A DNA stretch of 64,000 nt from Adineta vaga (lineage: Eukaryota; Animalia; Rotifera), in NCBI GenBank assembly GCA_021613535.1, contig CP075494.1:10230001-10294000 (forward strand), read 5' to 3'. Of this stretch, positions 1 to 12,600 are shown one piece after another. Under the pieces are notes generated by a model that saw only the letters and a program-made list of their open reading frames with translations, was not told the DNA's origin and did no database searches. The first letter of the stretch is position 1; each line of letters opens with the position of its first letter. Both the position numbers and the translations under genes were made by a program.

Positions 1-662
1 GAGTATGTTAGAATTATAATACTTCTCAATTTTACTCGCTCCGACTCTAGGGTATTTTTGAATTCTTTTCAAATTCAAAATGAAAAAAAAAGAACGATAT
101 TTTTTCACACAACCCAGGGTATACGGACTAAACAAAAAAAACGTTTTTATTCAATAAAGACAGTCAATCTTATATTCACTTGGCATCACTAACCGTTTTT
201 ATCGTTCTCTCACGATTTCAACCCTCTCATCAGACACTGACCAGACATACTTACACTACTATCATCATAGAATCAACACAGTCATTTATTAATATATGGA
301 AATATAGATAGACATCAATGTATACTTTCATATATCCTTAATTCTGAAAAGGTTGGGTGTACGGTCTGAGAATATACAGATCTTCACATGCTCTTAAAAG
401 TTTCTATACTGCATAACAAATAAAGAGCTGAACATCGGTAGACCTAGCCTCGTCCAGATCAAGGATACATGGAAGTATACATGTATGTATAGTTTTGTAT
501 ATTTATGTATGAACAATTATAAAGACCCAGATACCCATGATTTCAGTCGGAAATGGGGTCATTTTTTTTCTTTTAAATCCAGAAAGAATTCAACTAGACC
601 ATTCTATGCTTATTCCGAGATTCAGATTGTCATAGAAGTCCGATTATTCTAGAACTCTTATT

Positions 663-1316
663 TAGGGATGACACTTTAACTTTTTTTAGAGGTTAAAGTA
701 ACTACTTTAACGGGAAAATGACGTTTCATACCACTTTGTTTTTCCGAACTGCGTGACGAAAAAAAATGATAGAAATCTTATCATGGAATCCGTGAAGCGA
801 AAGTTGAAGTAAGTAAACAGCATTTTCGAACGAATGGATGTATAAAATAAGTACTTATATCAATTGGCGGTGCCTGAGCCCACCCAGTCTTACTTGTGGG
901 TGAATTTGGCCCTCGTTGGCCCACTCTGGACAACATGTCTGCTCACATCCACATCCTCTCGGCAAGAAATTTCCGAACATCCGATAAAAATTCCCGGATA
1001 TCCGACATCCCCGAACATCTGCACGAAATCAGCAAAAAATAGTTTTCTTTTCAAACACCCGGACACGTTACCCGATGTTCAGAATGGATGGTACGAAACG
1101 TAGTTCACCCACTTTAACTTTAAAATCATAGCAAAATAAAACTATTTTGAATTTTAGAATCGTATTAAAGTTAAAATATTTTGAAGTGACTTAGTATCAT
1201 TTGCAACTGAGCAACGAACACATTTTAAATACTATAAAGAAATTTTTAATGTTAAAGCTAAAATGAAACTTTAATCACTTTTTCAAAGTAAAGTTAAAGT
1301 TAAAGTGTCACCTCTA
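663..1316. mobile_element. hAT-like MITE (copy 1) containing a nested element
   Basis: 20-bp TIR TAGGGATGACACTTTAACTT / AAGTTAAAGTGTCACCTCTA (2 mismatches). Degenerate 8-bp flanks CTCTTATT / CTCTACTT. Confidence 0.7.
712..1110. mobile_element. Nested non-autonomous TIR element with 8-bp TSD (copy 1)
   Basis: Perfect TSD ACTTTAAC at 704-711 and 1111-1118. Imperfect TIR GGGAAAATGACGTTTCATACCA / TGGTACGAAACGTAGTT(TT)CACCC. Confidence 0.75.
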
Positions 1317-1626
1317 CTCTACTTCGTTCAATGTTTCGATAAACCCTACTGGGTCAAAATTCTTGTACTTTTGATTATACTCACGGATCCAAAATTGCGA
1401 TCATTCTAACATTCTAACTCTTCTAAAACTCAAACTTATTCATTTTCATAAAAATTTCCACAATATGATAGTCTTTGGTTTCTTGTGCCCGTAATCCGTG
1501 TATAATATGCGTAGTATTTGGAATCCTATTCGAAGTTCGAGTATCAGAAGAGGACTACATGTAATTCTAACTATATTCGACAAATACTAAATTTGATGAT
1601 GTTCGTAAAGTGAATTTGTACGTTAG

Positions 1627-4600
1627 CACCAGCGTCCTATGCGCAAGCTCGCATTTGGCTCGATGAACGGATTCGATTCGACCCTGACAAACCACAACTC
1701 GCAATATACAACATGCCTTTTCTCTATCGCCTCTCCTCCGGATATACTCTATCAATATCACAACTTCGCCATGCTCTTCAACTCATTGTGCAGAAACATC
1801 TATCACTACGAACATCACTCAACTTCGATTCAGAAAACAATGTACTCATGCAACGAATTGTTGATTTAGACAACGATAATAAAGATCAACTATATGAATT
1901 CATCGAAAGTACCTATGAAACAGAGGAAGAACTCAGTCACATTATGCACACTGAGAAAGGCAATCCACATATCTTTGATCTTTCTCGAGGTCTTGTCTTT
2001 CGATGCCATCTCGTCTACTACAAACGAATATGCACAATTGATCTTCTTTCCGACAAAGATGCGATCATTTTCAATTTTCATCATGCTTTGTTCGACTTTC
2101 CATCAATGAGCATATTTCTTCATGATCTCAATCAAGCATACACAACCAGTCAACTACCTCCTGATAATGATGATACTCTTCGTTATCTTGATTGTAACTA
2201 TCTACATATATTGTCTTTTAATACCATGTTATTTGACTCTTCATTCTCTTTTTAAGATGCTACTATTGAACAAAGATGCCGATGACAGGTGCAAGCATGT
2301 TTTGGCTTGATGCGCTACATGATTGCCAACTCGATCGACCACTACCGTTACCATATGATCGACATCGTCTTTCAGATGAGCATCGAACTGGTCGTGGAAC
2401 ATCTGTTTCTTTCGATTTTGATCGGGATCTTTCACATCACTTCCTTACTTACTCATCTTCAAATGCCATCGGTCTTGAACATCTCGCACTTGCACTATAC
2501 TACGCCTTTCTATTCAAACTAACAAACGGAGAAACAGATTTATGCATCGGAAAGAACACAGATGGTCGATACAGAGAAGAGCTTAAGTCAGTCATTGGAA
2601 TGTTTGTAAATGCTATCCCATTACGATGTCAAGTGGATCCTCATTGGTCTTCGCAACAGTTAGTCATGCATGTTAATGAAATAATGACTAATAGTATGAA
2701 ATACTCGTATTTTCCTCTTCAACGTATTCTCTCTCAACATCCGCATGTTGCTAATCCTGCATTTCTCGATGCATCTTTTGGTTATTTTATGCTGGACAAT
2801 GAAAATAAAAAGAGTGAAATCATGATTGGTGGTTTTCATCTTCACGGTATGCGTTCCTCACTTAAGATTAGCGAAGAAGAAATAACGAGTAAGTTCGACT
2901 TCTTCTTCAATATTCAACATAATATTGTCACAAATCAACTATCATGCATAATCAATGGATCGCTTGATCTATTCGATACAGCAACAGTTGATATGATTGT
3001 GCAAAGATTCCATTTGTTTGCACAACATTTTTTTAAATCTGTCGATAATCGAATGAGTAGGCCAATTCATGAGCTATCAATGATATTACCAAATGAGAAC
3101 ATGGTTATGCAATCTTTGAATAATACGAAAGTGTCATTTCCTTCTGCCACGTGCATTCACCATGAATTTGTTGCTCAAGTAATACAACATCCACAAAAAA
3201 TAGCCGTTGAACTTGACGATCAATCTCTCACATTTGCGGAGCTTCTGCATCAAGCTCAAGCATTAACTCTGCATCTTCTCATACATCACGATGTTCTCCC
3301 AGGGGAAATTATCTGTCAATGTGTGGAGCGTAGTTTATCAATGGTAAACACAATTAAATGATTGTTTCATGATTATCCTATAAATAACTCATTTTCTCTA
3401 GGTTATTGGCATTTTAGCGATCGTCATGGTTGGTGGTTCATATTGTCCATTATCACCACAAGATCCTCCGCAACGTCTGAAAGCTCTTGTCAACCAAATT
3501 CATAGTCGTTTGGTTATCATTCATCCTACCACAACTGCTATGTTCGAATTGAACACAATGACAGTTAATATTGATACAGCTATGCATTTCAATGAATCGT
3601 GTAACGAAGCAAAGGTTCAGCAACTTTCAGACATACCTATCACAGCAGAAAATATTGTCTTTACAATTTTTACTAGTGGTTCAACTGGTATTCCAAAAGC
3701 GGTTTGTATAGTGTCTGAATTCATATTTATCTAATAAATGTCTGTTTCTTTTCTAGGTTCAAGTGCGTCATCGAAACTTCACTGACTTTATGCACTCGTT
3801 TGTTTTTACTGGTGTACTCGGAAAGAGCGATGTAATAATACAAATGGCACGTTGCTCTTTCGATAATCATCTTTTAAGTCTCGTTGGTACATTGATGACT
3901 GGAGCAACATTAGTAATGCTTCGACCGCAAGGCAACATGGACTTAGAATATCTCACTAGAGTGCTTGATAAAAAGCAGATTAGTGTTATGCACGCGGTTC
4001 CGTCTTTGTTGAATAGTCTTTTTCATTTTCTTAAAGAAACTGAGCGTACGTTAGCTGTGAAATGGTTACGATCGTTGTGTAGTGGAGGTTTGTAGTTTTT
4101 TTTAACGATTATTGGAGTATTATAGATTTCTTTTTATTATTTTGTTACAGGTGAAGCTCTCAATGTCAAGACAGCTACCCTATTAAAAAGTGTAGTTTCA
4201 GAGACGTGTCAAGTTCGAAATCACTATGGTCCAGCCGAAGTCACTGTGAACTGTGCTTGTCATCTAATTGATCTGACTAAAGATCAAGAAAGCATTCCTC
4301 CGGTCGACCTCTACCTAATTATCGATGTTTGATTCTGGACGAGTACTTGCAGACTGTCTATATTGGACTTGTAGGAGAACTTGTTGTTGGAGGAGTTGGC
4401 ATTTTCGCAGGATATCTTGCTCGTGCTGATTTAACGAGAGCAGTATTAATTAAAATGAATGATGAGATTTTCTACAAAACAGGTGATCTTGTTCGAATGG
4501 ACGAAGATGGGTTGATTCATTATGAAACTCGTAAAGATTATCAAGTGAAATTACGAGGTCAGCGTATTGAACTGAGTGAAATAGAACAGTGCCTATTGCA

Positions 4601-6662
4601 AACTTCTGTCGGCGCATGCATCGTCATCAAATGGGGTGATGATCATCTTGTTGCTTATGTCCAAAGCTCTGATATTACTGAAGAACAGCTACGCGAACAT
4701 TGTCAATCATATCTTCCACCACATATGATTCCATCGATGTTCATCATACTTGATAAACTTCCACTCAATGCAAATGGAAAAGTAGATAGAAAACAACTTC
4801 CGCTACCCAATGTATCATCCCTGAGCATGCTATCACCAGATGATTCTGATGTTCCACATAGTGAGTTAGAACAAAGTGTGCACGACATCTGGATTCGTGT
4901 TTTACGAAGTAATGAAAAGCAGATTTCTACAAGTACGAATTTTTTCAGTATTGGTGGTCATTCACTTTTGTTTATTGAACTTTATCATCGTTATCAATCA
5001 TTTTTTGGCTTCAATAGTCATGAAGTGTCTATTGGTTCATTTCTCCAACAACCAACTATTTTCCAGCATGCACAATTACTTTGTTGCATCCCGATGAACG
5101 ATTCGGAATCTACACAATGGCATACGTTGCATATACAGCAAGGTATTGAACTTAATATGAATTACTGAGATATAAATAGTGTAATGGTCTTTCTGAATTT
5201 GCAGGTATTGCGTCTTTTGCTCAAGAACGAATTTTTCTCGATGAAAAGGTTCGATTCTCTAATCAAATTGCTATATACAATGAATTGGCTGCTCTGCGAG
5301 TTATTCAAGGTTCATTGTCAGTAGATCGTCTAACACAAGCTTGTCGATATGTCCTTGGCAAACATAAGATACTACGCACATCTCTAAGTTTCAATGAGAA
5401 TGATGGAATTTTGATACAATACATTACTGACAAACATAGAACATTTACAATAGTTACAAATCAAACATTTGAGAATGAGAATGAAGTTCAGAATATTTTT
5501 TATCGTGCGACAATCGATCCTGATCTATTCGATCTATCAACTGGTCGTGTTTTTCATTGTCAAATAATTTGGCAACAGAACTCAATCGATATAAATGAGA
5601 ACAGTGAACTTATTAAAGACAATGATGTGCTCATTATCGGCTTTCATCATGCAGCAAGCGATCGATCATCTCGTCCAGTATTTTACAGCGATCTATATCA
5701 TGCTTATAATAACAATTCAATATGGTTCGACGAAGAGAAATCATTGCAATACATTGATTATAGTGTTCATGAACGTCTAATCGATATGACACCATCACGC
5801 GAGTTTTGGCGTTCTCAACTAGCTGGCTACCATGTTGAGCATCACTTAGCGTTGCCTGTTGATCGACGTCGTTCGCCCAGTGAACAACGATCTGGTGCAA
5901 GTTCTATTGCTCAGATATCATTGGACAATGATGTTTCAACCGCATTCTTGGAATATGCTTCATCACATCAAGTGACACCATTTCAACTAGGTCTTGCTAC
6001 ATTCTATGCATTTTTGTTCAAGTTAACACATGGTGACAATGATATATGTGTTTCGACCCTAAATGCTAACCGATACAGACCTGAGTTGCAGAATATGGTC
6101 GGAATGTTTGTTACAACATTACCACATCGAATTCAACTTGACCAACAGTGGACTTTTCATGAACTTGTTGAAATTGTGCACGATAAATGCTTATCGATTC
6201 TTGAACACTCTTATTATCCTTTGCAGCAAATTATAACTGACATGCGTCTGAATCAATCAACTGTTCCATTTCTTGAAACGTTGTTTGACTTTGCTACTGG
6301 AACCTCGGATAGCAATCGGACATGTTTACAAGCAGCAACTTTGGAATCTATGCCAGTAGAACAATCTACTCATGTTGCTAAATTTGATGTCAAGTTTTCG
6401 TTTGTCTATGACCCATGGTTAAAAGATAATAAGTTATCATTTAATTTAAATTGTTCAAGTGATTTGTTTCACGGGACAACGGTTCTGACGATGGCTCGAA
6501 GATTCAATCATTTTCTTCATCAAATTTTTTCAACAAATCTAAATGACTCTCAAGTCGACACTCATACTCGAACTTTGAATAAGTGTAATATTATTCTACC
6601 AGAAGAAGATTTAGAAATTCAAAAGCAAGGCTTCTGTCGACAATTAACTGATACAAAGGAAG
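1627..6662 (+). CDS. NRPS unit 1 (C-A-T-C), with two 1-bp frameshifting deletions relative to its duplicate
   Basis: Acceptor ttag at 1623-1626. C motif HHALFDF, A core motifs, T FSIGGHSLL, second-C exon 5205-6662 (HHAASDR). One base is missing at about 2273 and at about 4300 compared with unit 2. Confidence 0.85.
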
Positions 6663-9600
6663 GTATGTTGATATTTCAAGAGAAAGCTGCTAGCATGTGA
6701 GAGATTGAATCGATAAAAGCTTGAAAATCTCTCCTGCTTGGAAAAATCGCTTTATTGCTGAAAAGAATTCGTTATAGTACAATGATAAACTTCGCATTCT
6801 TGACTAACTTTTTGCATTGTGAGATCTTAGCGAAAGCATGGGACGTCGCCCAAGAAGTTTTTATTGTTATAACCGGGTAATGGGTTCCTTTTGCGCGTAT
6901 ACTGTCGCTTTCGTTCACATCTATCACTGTTATACGCTCTGTAAAAGCTTATTATCGCCAGCCTTAACGAAGATATTCTGAACAAAAAATTAACAGAAAA
7001 AGGACGCGGATAAAAGTGAAGGTGTAGCAAAAGGAGGAACACGTATTATTATGATTTGAACACTCTTTGCATCTACTCTTACGCCTACTCCAGCAGCTTT
7101 TATACCCATTGATTATGGTTGATCTTTGTTTTTCGATCCTTGAAATACGAAAGATCAAAGGACTTTGATATCGCTCGAGAAAAGCTGATCTGGATAAGAT
7201 AGATCTCAGTTACCTCTAAATCTATACGCTTGCTTTTGCTCCTATTCACCTGCATCCAAACTCTCGTATCGAAGATGAAGATTTGTTTTTATAGATCATT
7301 CTCTTTCTCGTACAGAAGAGTCTTGCAAGAAAAAACTGTTTGCTTACTTGCTTGTTTGTCTGTGCGCACTTCACTGATTGGTACAAAATCAATGTAAAAA
7401 TAAAAAGAATTATTTTCGATAAAACCTGAACGAAGGTTAATCAACATCAGAGATGAACACGGCGCAACATGTTATGTCCTCCTCTGTTCTGATGAACGAC
7501 AGAACAAAACAAAAATCGAAAGCACTTCCTGTATAGAGGGCAGGACAACACAGTAAAAGCTCGAATGTGAAAATCGTCCGGACCGACATAAACATCCAGT
7601 TTAGCGGGGCAATCGTTACAGAGAAAGTTCAACTAGTATTTGCACTTTACAGTTACTTTTCAAAAATAACAATTTTTTACTCGATTAAAAAAACATTATT
7701 TCATACGTTTGAAGCAACTGTAAAGTACTACTCCTGGGTTCAACAAAAACAAATCCACCCATCCTTTTGCATTATTGTCTACGTTTTTTAGTTAGATTTT
7801 ATTACTTTATTCAATGAAGTATAATCGATTGCGACTAAACATTTATCAATACAACAGATACAAATGATAAATAAAGATTCTCTTAAATATGTTGCGAATA
7901 ATCATTTCTTCTTTTAAGAATATCAGGTATATTTGCTATTGAAACACAAAACTTATCTTTCAATTTTCGAAAAGATAAACTGCGGTCACTGTCTCTTGAT
8001 AAATCAACCTTTTACTCCGAATGCATATTATGCCTAGACGTCATATTGAGACAAGTATCTTTCATTCTTTATGTCGATCTTGATCGAATATAACTTTACC
8101 ATCAGTAAAATTCAGAACATTGACTTTCACAATATCGGCTATATATTTAGATGTGTGTTTCGGTGAGGATGACGAGATAAGCAGACGATTAGACGATGGT
8201 ATGAGTGTTTGCTAGCGTAACAAAATGACGGATTCGCAGAGTAGAGTTCTAACGATGAATACATAGCTACAGTTCATCTATGCGACCTGTTCACCGGGCA
8301 CTATCTTAGCTTTCTTTGTTTTCTGATGGATGATCACTCCTATAGGAGTTGTGCTAAATAAAGAAAAAACACGATTGTGAGTATACAGATGAAACAATAC
8401 ATCATCATATCGAAAGACCAAGGGAGAAAAGCGGATCATGTGGATCCTTTTGTATTCGGCAGATACGCTTGGATCCTATATATTCTATGAATTCTACCGG
8501 ATCATTTTGGGTCGTATGGATTCTCTTTGATTTTATCGGATTCTCCTTGATCTTGAGAAAGGGATAAGGCATATCCTAGGATATAACAGAAACCGATAGG
8601 ATTCAACAGAATCTGATAGGATCCAACAGAATCCATAGAGTTCGCTTTTCCCCCCTTGTGATAAATTGATTGAGCTGTCATAAACTCTTTTTGAACGTTT
8701 ACTGTTCTCCACTTATTTTTTTCAGTGCTAGTGGTCTTTTTATACACCCCTAACTTCTTTACCTCAAGTTCGGTTAAATTGTTACTGTTCTCATTATTCT
8801 AATAATTATAAATTCAAGAGTATGTTAGAATTATAATACTTCTCAATTTTACTCGCTCCGACTCTAGGGTATTTTTGAATTCTTTTCAAATTCAAAATGA
8901 AAAAAAAAGAACGATATTTTTTCACACAACCCAGGGTATACGGACTAAACAAAAAAAACGTTTTTATTCAATAAAGACAGTCAATCTTATATTCACTTGG
9001 CATCACTAACCGTTTTTATCGTTCTCTCACGATTTCAACCCTCTCATCAGACACTGACCAGACATACTTACACTACTATCATCATAGAATCAACACAGTC
9101 ATTTATTAATATATGGAAATATAGATAGACATCAATGTATACTTTCATATATCCTTAATTCTGAAAAGGTTGGGTGTACGGTCTGAGAATATACAGATCT
9201 TCACATGCTCTTAAAAGTTTCTATACTGCATAACAAATAAAGAGCTGAACATCGGTAGACCTAGCCTCGTCCAGATCAAGGATACATGGAAGTATACATG
9301 TATGTATAGTTTTGTATATTTATGTATGAACAATTATAAAGACCCAGATACCCATGATTTCAGTCGGAAATGGGGTCATTTTTTTTCTTTTAAATCCAGA
9401 AAGAATTCAACTAGACCATTCTATGCTTATTCCGAGATTCAGATTGTCATAGAAGTCCGATTATTCTAGAACTCTTATTTAGGGATGACACTTTAACTTT
9501 TTTTAGAGGTTAAAGTAACTACTTTAACGGGAAAATGACGTTTCATACCACTTTGTTTTTCCGAACTGCGTGACGAAAAAAAATGATAGAAATCTTATCA

Positions 9601-12600
9601 TGGAATCCGTGAAGCGAAAGTTGAAGTAAGTAAACAGCATTTTTCGAACGAATGGATGTATAAAATAAGTACTTATATCAATTGGCGGTGCCTGAGCCCA
9701 CCCAGTCTTACTTGTGGGTGAATTTGGCCCTCGTTGGCCCACTCTGGACAACATGTCTGCTCACATCCACATCCTCTCGGCAAGAAATTTCCGAACATCC
9801 GATAAAAATTCCCGGATATCCGACATCCCCGAACATCTGCACGAAATCAGCAAAAAATAGTTTTCTTTTCAAACACCCGGACACGTTACCCGATGTTCAG
9901 AATGGATGGTACGAAACGTAGTTTTCACCCACTTTAACTTTAAAATCATAGCAAAATAAAACTATTTTGAATTTTAGAATCGTATTAAAGTTAAAATATT
10001 TTGAAGTGACTTAGTATCATTTGCAACTGAGCAACGAACACATTTTAAATACTATAAAGAAATTTTTAATGTTAAAGCTAAAATGAAACTTTAATCACTT
10101 TTTCAAAGTAAAGTTAAAGTTAAAGTGTCACCTCTACTCTACTTCGTTCAATGTTTCGATAAACCCTACTGGGTCAAAATTCTTGTACTTTTGATTATAC
10201 TCACGGATCCAAAATTGCGATCATTCTAACATTCTAACTCTTCTAAAACTCAAACTTATTCATTTTCATAAAAATTTCCACAATATGATAGTCTTTGGTT
10301 TCTTGTGCCCGTAATCCGTGTATAATATGCGTAGTATTTGGAATCCTATTCGAAGTTCGAGTATCAGAAGAGGACTACATGTAATTCTAACTATATTCGA
10401 CAAATACTAAATTTGATGATGTTCGTAAAGTGAATTTGTACGTTAGCACCAGCGTCCTATGCGCAAGCTCGCATTTGGCTCGATGAACGGATTCGATTCG
10501 ACCCTGACAAACCACAACTCGCAATATACAACATGCCTTTTCTCTATCGCCTCTCCTCCGGATATACTCTATCAATATCACAACTTCGCCATGCTCTTCA
10601 ACTCATTGTGCAGAAACATCTATCACTACGAACATCACTCAACTTCGATTCAGAAAACAATGTACTCATGCAACGAATTGTTGATTTAGACAACGATAAT
10701 AAAGATCAACTATATGAATTCATCGAAAGTACCTATGAAACAGAGGAAGAACTCAGTCACATTATGCACACTGAGAAAGGCAATCCACATATCTTTGATC
10801 TTTCTCGAGGTCTTGTCTTTCGATGCCATCTCGTCTACTACAAACGAATATGCACAATTGATCTTCTTTCCGACAAAGATGCGATCATTTTCAATTTTCA
10901 TCATGCTTTGTTCGACTTTCCATCAATGAGCATATTTCTTCATGATCTCAATCAAGCATACACAACCAGTCAACTACCTCCTGATAATGATGATACTCTT
11001 CGTTATCTTGATTGTAACTATCTACATATATTGTCTTTTAATACCATGTTATTTGACTCTTCATTCTCTTTTTTAGATGCTACTATTGAACAAAAGATGC
11101 CGATGACAGGTGCAAGCATGTTTTGGCTTGATGCGCTACATGATTGCCAACTCGATCGACCACTACCGTTACCATATGATCGACATCGTCTTTCAGATGA
11201 GCATCGAACTGGTCGTGGAACATCTGTTTCTTTCGATTTTGATCGGGATCTTTCACATCACTTCCTTACTTACTCATCTTCAAATGCCATCGGTCTTGAA
11301 CATCTCGCACTTGCACTATACTACGCCTTTCTATTCAAACTAACAAACGGAGAAACAGATTTATGCATCGGAAAGAACACAGATGGTCGATACAGAGAAG
11401 AGCTTAAGTCAGTCATTGGAATGTTTGTAAATGCTATCCCATTACGATGTCAAGTGGATCCTCATTGGTCTTCGCAACAGTTAGTCATGCATGTTAATGA
11501 AATAATGACTAATAGTATGAAATACTCGTATTTTCCTCTTCAACGTATTCTCTCTCAACATCCGCATGTTGCTAATCCTGCATTTCTCGATGCATCTTTT
11601 GGTTATTTTATGCTGGACAATGAAAATAAAAAGAGTGAAATCATGATTGGTGGTTTTCATCTTCACGGTATGCGTTCCTCACTTAAGATTAGCGAAGAAG
11701 AAATAACGAGTAAGTTCGACTTCTTCTTCAATATTCAACATAATATTGTCACAAATCAACTATCATGCATAATCAATGGATCGCTTGATCTATTCGATAC
11801 AGCAACAGTTGATATGATTGTGCAAAGATTCCATTTGTTTGCACAACATTTTTTTAAATCTGTCGATAATCGAATGAGTAGGCCAATTCATGAGCTATCA
11901 ATGATATTACCAAATGAGAACATGGTTATGCAATCTTTGAATAATACGAAAGTGTCATTTCCTTCTGCCACGTGCATTCACCATGAATTTGTTGCTCAAG
12001 TAATACAACATCCACAAAAAATAGCCGTTGAACTTGACGATCAATCTCTCACATTTGCGGAGCTTCTGCATCAAGCTCAAGCATTAACTCTGCATCTTCT
12101 CATACATCACGATGTTCTCCCAGGGGAAATTATCTGTCAATGTGTGGAGCGTAGTTTATCAATGGTAAACACAATTAAATGATTGTTTCATGATTATCCT
12201 ATAAATAACTCATTTTCTCTAGGTTATTGGCATTTTAGCGATCGTCATGGTTGGTGGTTCATATTGTCCATTATCACCACAAGATCCTCCGCAACGTCTG
12301 AAAGCTCTTGTCAACCAAATTCATAGTCGTTTGGTTATCATTCATCCTACCACAACTGCTATGTTCGAATTGAACACAATGACAGTTAATATTGATACAG
12401 CTATGCATTTCAATGAATCGTGTAACGAAGCAAAGGTTCAGCAACTTTCAGACATACCTATCACAGCAGAAAATATTGTCTTTACAATTTTTACTAGTGG
12501 TTCAACTGGTATTCCAAAAGCGGTTTGTATAGTGTCTGAATTCATATTTATCTAATAAATGTCTGTTTCTTTTCTAGGTTCAAGTGCGTCATCGAAACTT

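Larger units (their letters stand above)
1..4801 (+). repeat. Direct segmental duplication, copy 1 (intron 3' part plus C-A didomain); extends off the window start
   Basis: Near-identical to 8818-13623. The offset grows from 8817 to 8822 through four small deletions in copy 1. Confidence 0.95.

Noticed and set aside
864-1103. 79-aa ORF (also 9682-9921)
   Set aside because: Lies inside a non-autonomous element, has a non-ATG start and no recognisable motif.
112-1354. ACCCAG...CTGGGT as termini of a further outer transposon
   Set aside because: The match is too short and has no TSD.
5205-6662. Post-T domains as classical epimerisation or cyclisation domains
   Set aside because: They lack HHxxxDxVSW and DxxxxD and closely resemble the ordinary C domain at 30032-31400.
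6827-7800. Slightly GC-richer intronic tract with short ORFs, possibly a TE remnant
   Set aside because: No TIR, TSD or protein motif found by eye.
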